A stretch of 39,609 nt of DNA from the IMG/VR virus record IMGVR_UViG_3300008055_000088; one strand, given 5' to 3'. This DNA comes from a virus. Below the pieces are notes generated by a model that saw nothing but the letters and a program-made list of their open reading frames with translations, had not been told where the DNA came from and ran no database searches. Shown here in pieces: positions 23,136 to 33,954 of this stretch (its first letter is position 1; every line of letters starts with the position of its first letter). A program made the translations under genes and the position numbers.

Positions 23136-24656
23136 TTATATTGGTGTAGCGGTTGAGCGAAGTGATGCTCCAGTGACTCCGCCTCTTGCGCCAAAGCGAG
23201 CACCTTCTCTTTGTGCTCTTTGTTGTGAGGCAAGTAGCGCCTGTGGGCTACCCTCCATGACTGCAGAGAGTGCTTCTTGTTCGCTGTAGTCTTGTCCTTC
23301 AATACCTGATAAACGCTTTTGTGTTCTACGCAGTTGTCCTGCTTGACCAAGAGCCTGTGCAAGTTCTCGCTCAGAAAGTTTTGCATAGGATTCTGTGCCT
23401 GCAATATTCTCTGCTTGACCAGAGGTAATACCACGAAGTTCAAATCCTGCAGCACGACCAATGCCTACAAACTGTGCAGCCTTAGCCTGCTTCTGTATCA
23501 ATGGGAGTGCTTTATCTGCATCAAGAACAAAGGCTGTTAAATCACCTTCACCTATGCCATAAAAATCAATTAATTGTTGTTTGACTGATGGGTTTAAGGT
23601 ACGAGATAAGTCCTGTCCTATTTGCAAACGGTCTTGATATTCTTTAGGAGAAACAAGATTACCAATTAAAGCACCAAAATCTTCAGGTCCATCATAAAAA
23701 CCTTTAGGTAAATCAAAGAAACGAGCAGTTTGCATCATTGCTTTTTCGTCAGCAGAATATTCTTTTTCAGTAATTGCTTTACCTTTAGCACGCAACGCTT
23801 TCATGCCTGGAAAACGCTTTTGATATTCTGGTTGGTCATATAGTTCAAGAAGTAACATTTCCTCTGAAACATCAGCCATGATACGAGTATTAATAAAAGG
23901 AGCAAGGGATTCTAGCCCATAGGCTGCAAATATAGCAGTAAGTTTATCTGAAGCCTTTTGTTTTGTAGCAAGTTTGGCTGCATCTGCTTCGGCTTTCATT
24001 TGAGCAAGTAATTTATCTGAATCTGTTTCAGATTTAACAGCAGTTCCACCACTACTACCACCACTTACAACAGACCCACTTACAACAGGCGTAGTAAATC
24101 CACTAATTCGTCTTTGTTTCCATTCAACCCCGCCGCCAATTTGCTTTGAAGCGTACCATTCATATCCAGGTTTTAATCCTGTTTCTGGCGGAGTTTCAAT
24201 CTGCCCAGCAGAACCTTTAGATGTTGATATTGCGCTAGTTAAACCTACTGCACTCATTCCCTTTTGGGCTTCTAAAAGAGCCTGTCTAGCCTCTAATTGT
24301 GCTGGACTTAAACCACCTACACCGCGTTTATAAAATGGGTCTAACAAAGGGTCTGCTAAGGCAGCATCTCTAGCAGTAAGTACTTCTTGAGCCTCAGTAG
24401 CAAGTCTTGCGGCTGTAGAACCTTCAGGGACTTGCACAGGCATACGAGATGCCATTTGAGCAGCGCCAATAGCGCCACTTTCTGCAGCGGCCAACTTACT
24501 TGGACCTGTAACTTTATCGGTAAGAGGTGATGGTTTTCCTGTTAAGGCTGCGTAACTTTGCTCAAGAGATGCTAGTTGAGTTTCTTTTTCTTCTAGCATT
24601 GCTTGGGCTTTTTTTAATTGAGCCTTAAGTTGTTTTTGTGTTAAAGGTTTAGCCAT
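23136..24656 (-). CDS. Virion-associated protein (506 aa, N-terminal coiled coil)
   Basis: ORF-track entry, coupled to the upstream gene. Lies between portal and scaffold. Confidence 0.65.
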   Translation of the reverse strand: MAKPLTQKQLKAQLKKAQAMLEEKETQLASLEQSYAALTGKPSPLTDKVTGPSKLAAAESGAIGAAQMASRMPVQVPEGSTAARLATEAQEVLTARDAALADPLLDPFYKRGVGGLSPAQLEARQALLEAQKGMSAVGLTSAISTSKGSAGQIETPPETGLKPGYEWYASKQIGGGVEWKQRRISGFTTPVVSGSVVSGGSSGGTAVKSETDSDKLLAQMKAEADAAKLATKQKASDKLTAIFAAYGLESLAPFINTRIMADVSEEMLLLELYDQPEYQKRFPGMKALRAKGKAITEKEYSADEKAMMQTARFFDLPKGFYDGPEDFGALIGNLVSPKEYQDRLQIGQDLSRTLNPSVKQQLIDFYGIGEGDLTAFVLDADKALPLIQKQAKAAQFVGIGRAAGFELRGITSGQAENIAGTESYAKLSERELAQALGQAGQLRRTQKRLSGIEGQDYSEQEALSAVMEGSPQALLASQQRAQREGARFGARGGVTGASLRSTATPI

Positions 24657-25624
24657 TATATCGCCGCATATCCAAATTTATTGAGTATACCAATTCCATA
24701 TCCTTCATAAAGGCGTGTAGCATTTTCGGTATACTGCCAGCGTTCATCTTGCTTAATTAACTTTTCAGCATCCCATGATGGGCGCATAACCATCCTGCCA
24801 GTTTTCTCATCTACCATGCTAAAGATTTTTCCATCCTTCCATAGTGGGTCGTTCCAATCAAGAGTATCTTCATCTACTTCTAATAGGTCTGCCCACTTTT
24901 TGCGCTGGACAGAGGTTACATCCCAAAGGGTGCGACCTGCAGTAAAGTCATCTGCAAGAAACGGATATAACTGTGCAGCCTTAGCGTTAATCTCACGCTT
25001 AATATCATCTGGCGTAGCGCGTACACGCAAGCCTTCTTTGGTTGTAGAACCAATTAAACGGCGTTGATAATCAGCACGACTTTGCTCACTCATTGGAAAG
25101 CCCATAAGGTTTGAATAAGCGGCTAGGTCCTGTACTGCGGTGGCATAGGCTCCGCCTTGGATTTTTCCAAAAATATCTTTATTGCTGATAATGGTATTTT
25201 CAATGTAGTCATTATCCCAATTATTAAGATAGGCGGTTTCTGCCAGACTGCTAAGATAGTCAGCAGTATCTGGGTCTGCCATATCAAGACCAATGGCTGT
25301 AGCAAGACCAGAGATTGATATTTTAAATTCATTTATCTTTTGTTGATAATACTTCTCACCAAACTTATAGCGACCCGCTATGTTGCCTGCAACAGTAGGA
25401 CCATTTTCTAAATACCAACTGCTACTGGTAATCAAATCTACAATAGCAGCAGCATTGTATAGATATTTTCCAGTTACTGGGTCGCGCACTGTATCGTAGA
25501 TAGCCTTAAGTTCTGGAACATTTTTAAGTAAGTTAACAATCCATGTAGTCATGGATACTGGTGTATCTGTGGCACTAGCAAATGGGTCGCCGCCGCCATC
25601 AATTACCATATTTGGTTTTGCCAT
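24656..25624 (-). CDS. Virion-associated protein (322 aa)
   Basis: ORF-track entry, with start-stop coupling at both ends. Confidence 0.65.
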   Translation of the reverse strand: MAKPNMVIDGGGDPFASATDTPVSMTTWIVNLLKNVPELKAIYDTVRDPVTGKYLYNAAAIVDLITSSSWYLENGPTVAGNIAGRYKFGEKYYQQKINEFKISISGLATAIGLDMADPDTADYLSSLAETAYLNNWDNDYIENTIISNKDIFGKIQGGAYATAVQDLAAYSNLMGFPMSEQSRADYQRRLIGSTTKEGLRVRATPDDIKREINAKAAQLYPFLADDFTAGRTLWDVTSVQRKKWADLLEVDEDTLDWNDPLWKDGKIFSMVDEKTGRMVMRPSWDAEKLIKQDERWQYTENATRLYEGYGIGILNKFGYAAI

Positions 25625-26787
25625 CAGGGTCTAACTCCTAACGCTTTTTCAAGAGCAGTTCCAAATACATTTGCTGTTTGAAATTCTGCATACAATGGGT
25701 CTTGCATAGCACGCTTCTCGGCAATATCAGCAGCCTCAGCCTCACCAAATCCAGGTGTAATTACTGTTACTTTCTTGCCACCAACTTTTTTAACTTCAGT
25801 TTTTGTAGGCTTAGCAAGTTGTTTTTTGCGGATTAACTCTGCAAACTCATCGGCTTCAGCATCGTCAATAACACGACCAGAACCTGCTTCTAAGTATTGT
25901 TTAAGTAAATCTCTGGAGTTAGCCTTCTTGATAAGTTGAGTGCTGTAAGAAGGACCCTTATCTGCTCCACCACCCCACAGACCACGCTGAATATCAAGTA
26001 ATTGATATGGACTTAGTTTCTGTCCTTGGCGCATAGATTCTTGTGAGTATTCGCCCCATGCTTCCCATTGGTCCTTAAGTTCTTTAAGACCAGCAGATGC
26101 ACTAACAACGCCTGCTGCAACTAATTTAGCCTTCCAATCAGCCAAAGCCTTTGGGTCAGATATAGGAAATTGGTTCTTCCATTGGTTAAGAGAAATTGTT
26201 TCAGACCTAGTTTCAACAGGTCGCCCACCAGCGAAATCAGGTGGTCTGCTTGAAACAAGTTGATTAATTCCAGTATAAACTCCACCAGTTAAAGGTGTGA
26301 TATTTGCACTGTTTGTAAAAGAACCTATATCAAATTGAGGATTTGTTCCAAGAATTTGTTGCCCCATTGCTGTTCCTGCAAGAGCATTAATGTCAACTCC
26401 ACTAGCAGAAGCAATAGCCAAAGCGTTCATCATGTCTGTATTTGCTTGGCTTTCGGTGGTTGCTGGTATATCTTCTCCACCTTCAAACATGTTAATTCCA
26501 AGTCCGACTGCTCCTAAAGCGGCTGCGCCTTTTAATGCACCTTTTTTGCTTTTAGGTTTTAATGTTTTAACTAAACCTTTTACAGCACTAGCCCCTGCTT
26601 TGGCAGAAGATACCACTCCACCCTCAAGTCTTGTCATTGCGCCAGCAGGTAAAGCACCAGATTTTTTGTATTGTTTAAACGCATCAGCATTGTTCTGGAA
26701 ATAAGTTACTGCTTTATTAAGACTATCATCTGGGATGTCGGGATAGTTTTCCCGAATACTCATTGCTATTTCTGCTCTAGTTGCCAT
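25624..26787 (-). CDS. Virion-associated protein (387 aa) with a Gly/Ala-rich hydrophobic segment
   Basis: ORF-track entry, with AAGGA upstream. Confidence 0.65.
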   Translation of the reverse strand: MATRAEIAMSIRENYPDIPDDSLNKAVTYFQNNADAFKQYKKSGALPAGAMTRLEGGVVSSAKAGASAVKGLVKTLKPKSKKGALKGAAALGAVGLGINMFEGGEDIPATTESQANTDMMNALAIASASGVDINALAGTAMGQQILGTNPQFDIGSFTNSANITPLTGGVYTGINQLVSSRPPDFAGGRPVETRSETISLNQWKNQFPISDPKALADWKAKLVAAGVVSASAGLKELKDQWEAWGEYSQESMRQGQKLSPYQLLDIQRGLWGGGADKGPSYSTQLIKKANSRDLLKQYLEAGSGRVIDDAEADEFAELIRKKQLAKPTKTEVKKVGGKKVTVITPGFGEAEAADIAEKRAMQDPLYAEFQTANVFGTALEKALGVRP

Positions 26788-26792
26788 AGTCC

Positions 26793-29700
26793 TTATCCAA
26801 GTGTCACAGGGTCATTTTGTAAAAAGCGATTATAGAAGTCATTAAACTCTGGAGATTTCTTAAGTTGCGCTACTGTGCTATTCCAGTAAGCATCTAAATC
26901 AGCATTGTCTTTTGCGGTAAGAGTAGATGCTCCACCGTATGCCCTGCGGTTTGATAACTCACGAGCAATTTGGGTGCGAGTATTTAGATAAACAGCCAAA
27001 TCCCTAGTTACTTGTCTGCGACCATTTTCTTGCATCCACTGTGGGTCAGTAAGCATTGTCTTAATAGACTGCATACGATAAATCCACTTACCTCTATCTA
27101 CATTGTAATAATCAGCAGCCCAATCTTGATTACGGCGGGTTAGGTCTGCAATCATCATTTGCTTAAGGGCAAGTAATTCCTCAGCGCCAGATTCCTGATA
27201 AGACTCATAACCTTGAGCATCAAGTTGGTAATCTAAACCTGTCATCTTTTTACGGAACTCAACCCAACCAACCTTTATATTGGCATCTTTCTTAAGTTCT
27301 GCAGGGTTTCTACGCTCACGATATTTTTCAATAGAGCCAGGAACTGGAGTGTTTCTATACTGCCAAGCATATACAGCCTCAGAGAAGTCATACTTACCAT
27401 CTGGGTCATTGACTAAGAAGCCAATCATTTCAGGTGTTGTTTGACCAATCTTGCTGATTAAGCCTTTGTACCTTTTGATATTTTGGAAAGCAGCCTGCGA
27501 AGCCTGCGCACCAGTAGGGTTGTAAGAACTAGATACAAGGGCTGGACCCATTTCTGGGTACATCTGTAAAAATAAAGTTTCTGCATCTGCGCCATAGACC
27601 TGCTGTATTCTACGGAATTGTTGTGTATAAAAACTTAATGGTGAATCATACTGTGCAGCAAATGGCATAACTAGATTAGAAAGAATCTTAACTCTGTATA
27701 AACTATCTGCTAGATTCTTTACTTCGCTTAATTCAGGCATGGTATCACGCTCGCCTAAGTTAAAACGGATTAATTCGTAACGATAAACTGTATTAAATGT
27801 ACGACTCCACGCTTCATCTTGACCGCCTAATGATGCAAGTTTTTGCATTGCTGGTGGAAATAGATTGCGAATAGTTCCTTCTTGTGGACCAAAAGGTAAT
27901 ACTGGAAGCATACTTTTTGTTACAATATCCTCTAAGTCAGGCTTTAGTTTAACAATCTCATTAACTGGAATTGTTACAAGAGGACCAAAACCTGCCAATA
28001 TTTCACCTTGCATAATAATGTCAAGACTTCGCACTGGAATAGAAACTTGTGTGCCTGATGAGCGCAAGGCTTCTGCCATGCCTTTGCCATATCCAGGAAT
28101 CTTCTCTACACCTTTAATAAAACTTGAAGGCATAGGCAGTACTATTTTGTTTTCATAAGAAAACTCAGTAGTTGGGTTGCCATCTCTATCAACCACATTT
28201 GGCTGATTACGCAGTGTGGACACAATTTGTCCAGCACGAGCGATAACCGCAGGATTCTCTGTTGCAAGACCAGACCAACGGCGAATAGTGTTTTCCCATG
28301 CGTTAAAGAACGGCATGACAAGGCGCATTTTTTCGCCAGCATAAGACTTACGAATAATCGTAAATAGAGTCTTATTTACTTCTTTGCGAGTTGACTCAAC
28401 AGCCTCACGGCGAACCTTATTAATATCATCAGTTGTTAACTGAGCATCATCACCAATGTTCATACGCTTAGTTGCTAGGGCAACATCAAGGCGTTGTTTC
28501 ATTTCTGAACGATAAACTTGGCGAGCCAACGGGTGACGGGCAAAGGTAGTTTCAGGTAATGAGCCTAGGAAATAAAACGCTCTATCAATAACCTTAGCCA
28601 AGCCATCTTGCCAGTTACGAGCCTGTGGGCTGGTTGGAACTATGCGCCCAATAATATCTGGCATCTCTGTATTATCGGCAAAATGATTCCGTAGCCAAGA
28701 CTCAGTAATTTCACCATTACGGAAGGCTTCTTGGGTTTGGCTATCTGGCAGATAACGATTGTAAGCACTGTATAAATCGCCAACAAAATCTTCTGCATCA
28801 ATAGATACATTTAACCGCTCTGATGCCACTCTATTTCCTGGCACATCAATATTGAACTTACGAGCATAGGCAGCATTTTCTGGAGCACGCAACCAAGCCA
28901 CAATTTCTTCTGGGCGTGTGTCATTGAGCATTTGCTCAATTAGTGGGTCAATACGCCCATCTGGACTACGAAAGAAAGTGTTTAATTGATTTGCATATCC
29001 TGAGTAATAATCAGGCATATTTGGAGATAAAACATTTTCTACATAGTTGCCATGTTCTGCTGCAAACATCCGTGCTGGATGGTCTACAAATCTGCGATAA
29101 GATTCTGTGTTGTCAGTTCTATCTAATAGAATCTGTCCAGGCTCACCACGGTAAGCATCATCAAATTCAACAGTTGTACCATCATAGAGTTTTTCTGTTC
29201 TACGACCAGTTCCTTGAATAACCTTTGGCGCTGCAAGGCGTTCTTCTTCTACGACTCGTGCGTTTAAACGACTTAGAAGTGCTTGTAAATCTCTACGAGT
29301 TGTTGCTTGTCCATCTGCTATTTCACGAACAAGTGAAACTATGCCTTCGGTTGGGTATCTTCCACTGGCGATGGACTCTGAGATTTCATTAACGCGCTTT
29401 CCAAAATTCTCCGAGCCAGCAATTCTGCGAACGCTCGGCGTTCTTGTGGATTCATCTGGTCTAACGGCTTTGGTGCCTTTACCCAGTGCAAACCTTTCGC
29501 TTGCTCCGACATCTCCTGTGCCTTTCGTTCCGATATATTCAAGTTCACCAAGGTCAAATACTCCTTGCTGATTGCGTGTTGTTCCTAGTCTAATGGCTTC
29601 TGCACGATTTGCAATTACATTTACGGGGTCGGACTTAATATGAGGAACACCATCAATATCGTCAATCCAAGTACCAAAATGGTCTGCACTGCCAAACTTA

Positions 29701-32700
29701 TCAAAATTAGCCTCAAAGTGGTCTGCAACAGAAGCAACCCAATTCTCTGGGTTAGTACGGGCTTGTTCCAGTGGGAACGCGTGCGTTGCCCCACGGATAG
29801 CAACTGCGACACCTTGCGTAGGTACATCACCAGTAACCATATCAGAGAACTTAAATGTTCCGCCTTGATTTTGAACAGTACGCTCAATAATCTGCAAGAT
29901 TCTGCCTTCGTCTGAAAGCAATTGTTGTGCATTTTTTGCTGCGTTTAAACGCTGTTCAGCCAAGGCTACAGTTGGTCTATTGCCAAATCCGTCAACTAGG
30001 TCAGGGTCAACAAGCACCGTAGAACCACCACGACTTTTTACATCAGGTAATACAAGTTTACCTATGCCATTAGCACGCATCCAGTTAAGCAGTTCTGGCT
30101 CTTTACCTTGCCAAGCATCACGAGTGCGAATTGTGCCTTTAGAAACACCAAGAATTGTTTGAAGTTCTGGATAATCAGCCAAGTCAAGAACTTGACGAGT
30201 TCTGGCTTGTCCTGAGTATTGCTGCATTGAGCGCAAATCTACAGTTTTGCCGTATACCTTTTGACCAATAGTTACGCCTTCTCTACCAGGCTTGCGGATA
30301 CGGAACTGTCCAGTAGTTAATAACTCTTGCGAAACTGTGTTTGGGTCAATAGATGTCCAGCGCCCTGTTGAAGGATTAAGAACTTGTATTTCGTTGCCAT
30401 TGTTAACGCTATTAATAAAACCATCACGCATATCTGCAGCAACTGTTTGAAGTGCAGCAGATGGTTGGCGCTTTGCTGGCTTCTTTGGAAGGATAGCCTG
30501 TACTTTAATATCTAAAGTACCTCTACGAATACTACTATCGCCTGCGTATGGCTTTACTTCTACTACTTTAAACTTTGTTCCAGGTGGAAGTAAAACTTCT
30601 TTTTCTGCTGCTATGTAACCGCTTGAAGGTTGAGCACCAAAAGGTGTAAGCGATGTATTAGTTGCCTCAATATCTAATCCAGGATGACCTTTAGGCAATT
30701 CAATTTCAAGTACATTTCCACCTCTAAAAGTAGATGCAACATCATATTCTTTAGATGTTGAAATAAAAGCATTATCTCCGATAATATCGCCAACTCTTGC
30801 ATTAGCGTAAATATCTCTTGTAACGCCACGATATACCGTTGTTGGTTGGACTATAACGCTGCGTTGAATTACGCGTTTAAGTCCTTCTACATATTTTCTT
30901 TGGGATGGATTTAAAGGTTCTGGAGTAACATCATCAGGAAAAGCAAAAAGATTACCGCGTAATTTGGCTTGTTCTGGACCTACTACTCCTTGGACATAAG
31001 GTGCAACAAAGTCATTGTATTCTTCAATAGATATACGACTTGCAACTTCTGGGGTACCAATTTCTGCGCCTGGAGAAAGTTCAATATTTCTAGGCATTGG
31101 ATAAGCACGACCAGAAGTACGCTTGTAAATTTCAGATGCACTGATTACTGGCATAGCCGAGGTTGCATAGCGCTCTGCCATGTCCTCGGTAAAGTTCATC
31201 GCCATAGGGCGTGTATTATCTAAAGCGCTAATTGGCGCTGGTGAACCATGGTATAAATACTCACCAGTTGCGTATTGGAATACATCAATGGCTTCTTTAT
31301 ACTGTTCATCAGTAAGTCTACCCATGCGATATAAACGCTCAATGGATTCTAGGAATACATCAAAATCTTGAAGCGCTCGCTCAGATGCAATAAGCAAAGA
31401 TTGTTTATCTGCAAATTCGCTACGCAACGCTACAGAATCCTCACGCAATCCTTGTGCTACAAGTCTGCGGTCTGTTAAGCGGTCAATATCCCGAACGCGA
31501 TTTGTGTACCAACCTTTAAATCCTTCTCGGTTAATATCACTAAGTGCCATAAGTCCATAGCCCTTAGCAAGAATAGATAAACTTGCTTCACTTAGGTTAC
31601 GAACAGTGTAACCAAGACGAAGAAGGACAGAGGCTTTCCAAAGGTCATTAAGAACACCAGTGGTGTATCGCCAAGAATCTGGGTCAGTAATTTCAGATGC
31701 GCGATTTAAGGTATTAAGCACGCCTTTATTCTTTTCAATAACACGAGAATAGTTAGCGAGGTCTACCATAGGTAGCGCGTTAGCGCCTTGGCGCTCTAGG
31801 TATGGAATCTTAAGAATTACATCATCGCCAGTCATTAAGAACTTACGGTCTTTAATCATCTGTCGCGCAGTTTCGCGGCGAGCCTTATATTGACTCCAGA
31901 TAACTTGACCAGCCTCATCGCTGATTCCAAGTTTTTGATTAATTAAAGATATAGATAAATCTTCAAATGATTCAACAACGCGAGCGCGAAGTTCTGGAAC
32001 TCCACCAGATTGTATGTAATCATTAAGATGGCGTTCAACTACAGGATTTGCTTCATCTCCAACAATACGGCGTAATAAAGTTCCAAATGCTGTTAATTCA
32101 TTATATGAATCAGAGTCGTTAAGATTAATATAACCTGATGGAGTTTCTTGGAAAGAATCGCCAACTTTCTTCATACCAAAATTTACTACTGCTACAAGAG
32201 GGTGATACTTAGTTGGTTGGAAATATCCAACGGTTGGAAACTTACTTGGCTCGTTTAAGTCAACACCTTTGACTTTAGCAGCACGGCGCTCGGCGCGGTT
32301 CATAGCCATCTTTTCAAAGGCTGGCTTACCAAATGTACGCTTAGTTAAAGCATTGCCATTTACATGTAATTTATTTAACGCTTGGAAATATGAATTGTTG
32401 TCAAGATTTGCAACATAATCACTGGCTGCATCAAGGACATTAATATCATCTACGATTCCATTGGTAGGAACTCCGTCAAGAATCATCATGTCAACTTTAG
32501 ATACATCTTTTGTTTTATCAAAAACAAATGCTAGTTCTTTACGCTTTGCAACGAGGCGAGCCATAGCCTCTGTATCTCCCAGCGCTGTGGCTGTAAGCAC
32601 ATCTGCTACATCATCTACAGTATCTGATTGACCTAGCAAGTAAGATAAAGTGTCTGCATCGTTAGATGCTTGAACCAGTGGATGTTGGCGAATTACAGTT

Positions 32701-33458
32701 TGGTCACTCTTAGCCATCCATGAAAGCGTGTTGTAAACCTCTCCGCCTTCTTCGCGCCCTTCATTTATTGTTCGGGCTAATGCTGCTGGTGACATAATTT
32801 GCACATTGCGGAGAGTGCGAGGCATAAAGAAATCTTTTGCAAGGGTTGCAGCGTTTGCATCACGCGCTCCCATAGGGCGAGTTACTAATGCCTTACGAGC
32901 AAGACCAACGCCTTTAGCAAACTTGCCAAGTGGGTCTGTTACTGTGGTAAAAAATGTGTCAATAGAACCACTGAGTGTGCGTGCTGCCCAATAAGTTTGG
33001 AATATCTCACGGTCTTTTGCATTAAAAATATCAAAATCGCCACGGAACGATTCTGTGCCTGGAGTTAATTTTGCTGTTAAATATGAGATTGCTTGACCTG
33101 GAGAAATTTGGTCACGGTTTTCCCATGACTTTTTTGTATCACCAGTAGCAAGGGCTGTTACTGCTGCAGATAATGGCTCACGAAGGTATCTACCACCAGT
33201 TTCGTAAGAAAGCATTGCTGTTGGCATTAAAACTTTATTGAAAGCAAACCCTACTGGTTTGCGAATTGGATAAGATGCTGCTAAAACTGTAGAGCGAAAT
33301 GTATCTCCTGCTATGTTAAACGCATCAGAAACCCAGTTTTTATCGTTTGACGAAACAGTAGCAAGGTCAAACAATAAAGTTGGTAAGCCAATCTCGTTGG
33401 CAAATCCATTTCCTGATAGTTTCTTGGCTGCATTACCAAGCGTTTCGCTAAAACTCAT
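26793..33458 (-). CDS. Giant virion (probably ejected internal) protein, 2221 aa, with an embedded ADP-ribosyltransferase domain
   Basis: A single uninterrupted ORF with an ATGA coupling upstream. Lies between portal and scaffold. R-S-E ART motifs are present (see the next feature). Confidence 0.85.
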   Translation of the reverse strand: MSFSETLGNAAKKLSGNGFANEIGLPTLLFDLATVSSNDKNWVSDAFNIAGDTFRSTVLAASYPIRKPVGFAFNKVLMPTAMLSYETGGRYLREPLSAAVTALATGDTKKSWENRDQISPGQAISYLTAKLTPGTESFRGDFDIFNAKDREIFQTYWAARTLSGSIDTFFTTVTDPLGKFAKGVGLARKALVTRPMGARDANAATLAKDFFMPRTLRNVQIMSPAALARTINEGREEGGEVYNTLSWMAKSDQTVIRQHPLVQASNDADTLSYLLGQSDTVDDVADVLTATALGDTEAMARLVAKRKELAFVFDKTKDVSKVDMMILDGVPTNGIVDDINVLDAASDYVANLDNNSYFQALNKLHVNGNALTKRTFGKPAFEKMAMNRAERRAAKVKGVDLNEPSKFPTVGYFQPTKYHPLVAVVNFGMKKVGDSFQETPSGYINLNDSDSYNELTAFGTLLRRIVGDEANPVVERHLNDYIQSGGVPELRARVVESFEDLSISLINQKLGISDEAGQVIWSQYKARRETARQMIKDRKFLMTGDDVILKIPYLERQGANALPMVDLANYSRVIEKNKGVLNTLNRASEITDPDSWRYTTGVLNDLWKASVLLRLGYTVRNLSEASLSILAKGYGLMALSDINREGFKGWYTNRVRDIDRLTDRRLVAQGLREDSVALRSEFADKQSLLIASERALQDFDVFLESIERLYRMGRLTDEQYKEAIDVFQYATGEYLYHGSPAPISALDNTRPMAMNFTEDMAERYATSAMPVISASEIYKRTSGRAYPMPRNIELSPGAEIGTPEVASRISIEEYNDFVAPYVQGVVGPEQAKLRGNLFAFPDDVTPEPLNPSQRKYVEGLKRVIQRSVIVQPTTVYRGVTRDIYANARVGDIIGDNAFISTSKEYDVASTFRGGNVLEIELPKGHPGLDIEATNTSLTPFGAQPSSGYIAAEKEVLLPPGTKFKVVEVKPYAGDSSIRRGTLDIKVQAILPKKPAKRQPSAALQTVAADMRDGFINSVNNGNEIQVLNPSTGRWTSIDPNTVSQELLTTGQFRIRKPGREGVTIGQKVYGKTVDLRSMQQYSGQARTRQVLDLADYPELQTILGVSKGTIRTRDAWQGKEPELLNWMRANGIGKLVLPDVKSRGGSTVLVDPDLVDGFGNRPTVALAEQRLNAAKNAQQLLSDEGRILQIIERTVQNQGGTFKFSDMVTGDVPTQGVAVAIRGATHAFPLEQARTNPENWVASVADHFEANFDKFGSADHFGTWIDDIDGVPHIKSDPVNVIANRAEAIRLGTTRNQQGVFDLGELEYIGTKGTGDVGASERFALGKGTKAVRPDESTRTPSVRRIAGSENFGKRVNEISESIASGRYPTEGIVSLVREIADGQATTRRDLQALLSRLNARVVEEERLAAPKVIQGTGRRTEKLYDGTTVEFDDAYRGEPGQILLDRTDNTESYRRFVDHPARMFAAEHGNYVENVLSPNMPDYYSGYANQLNTFFRSPDGRIDPLIEQMLNDTRPEEIVAWLRAPENAAYARKFNIDVPGNRVASERLNVSIDAEDFVGDLYSAYNRYLPDSQTQEAFRNGEITESWLRNHFADNTEMPDIIGRIVPTSPQARNWQDGLAKVIDRAFYFLGSLPETTFARHPLARQVYRSEMKQRLDVALATKRMNIGDDAQLTTDDINKVRREAVESTRKEVNKTLFTIIRKSYAGEKMRLVMPFFNAWENTIRRWSGLATENPAVIARAGQIVSTLRNQPNVVDRDGNPTTEFSYENKIVLPMPSSFIKGVEKIPGYGKGMAEALRSSGTQVSIPVRSLDIIMQGEILAGFGPLVTIPVNEIVKLKPDLEDIVTKSMLPVLPFGPQEGTIRNLFPPAMQKLASLGGQDEAWSRTFNTVYRYELIRFNLGERDTMPELSEVKNLADSLYRVKILSNLVMPFAAQYDSPLSFYTQQFRRIQQVYGADAETLFLQMYPEMGPALVSSSYNPTGAQASQAAFQNIKRYKGLISKIGQTTPEMIGFLVNDPDGKYDFSEAVYAWQYRNTPVPGSIEKYRERRNPAELKKDANIKVGWVEFRKKMTGLDYQLDAQGYESYQESGAEELLALKQMMIADLTRRNQDWAADYYNVDRGKWIYRMQSIKTMLTDPQWMQENGRRQVTRDLAVYLNTRTQIARELSNRRAYGGASTLTAKDNADLDAYWNSTVAQLKKSPEFNDFYNRFLQNDPVTLG
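30534..30941 (-). other. R-S-E class ADP-ribosyltransferase domain (residues ~840..975 of the giant protein)
   Basis: VYRG (R877, codon 30828..30830), FISTS (S900-T-S902, 30753..30761) and AEKEVLLP (E952-x-E954, 30597..30605). Confidence 0.7.
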
Positions 33459-33886
33459 AGTACGCTTTTTAAATACCTAACATAGTTTCGGAAAGCATTA
33501 GAAGTTTGTGGAAGTTCTGCCATTATTGATAGATATGGAAGCGCTGCACGCATGCGGTCAGCATCTTCTCCTGTGGCTGTAGCATCATTGGCATACATGG
33601 CTTCTGTATTCATACTTCCACCAGTGCGTACATCTTCGTCTGGTCTTTGGGTTGGAGCATTTAATGGCACAAGTTTTTGAGCGCTATCGCCTCTAAATGG
33701 GCGTTGGCTGGATGGGGATGGCACATTTGAAAATGCAGGATTTTGACCTTGCATTTTTGCGGCAGTTTGCATTTCATAAAAATCTTCCGCATTGTCTATA
33801 CCTGCTGCATATCGCGCAGGTTGTCCGCTAGTTCCAGCACCGCCTGTGCCAGATACTTGGAAATTATTTTTTGCTTCTTTTGCCAC
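33455..33886 (-). CDS. Hypothetical virion protein (143 aa)
   Basis: GTG 33886 lies 4-5 nt after GGGAGGG, so it is preferred to the track start at 33898. Confidence 0.6.
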   Translation of the reverse strand: MAKEAKNNFQVSGTGGAGTSGQPARYAAGIDNAEDFYEMQTAAKMQGQNPAFSNVPSPSSQRPFRGDSAQKLVPLNAPTQRPDEDVRTGGSMNTEAMYANDATATGEDADRMRAALPYLSIMAELPQTSNAFRNYVRYLKSVL

Positions 33887-33954
33887 TTTCCCTCCCACTT
33901 AAGTTCGGATTTAAATTTTATTGAGCAGTTTTAAAACATGCTCAGGTTCTTAAA

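Noticed and set aside
26793-33458. The 2221-aa ORF as a tape-measure protein
   Set aside because: The gene lies upstream of scaffold and capsid rather than between tail chaperones and baseplate genes. It carries an ART motif and no major tail gene is seen. This remains unproven without a homology search.
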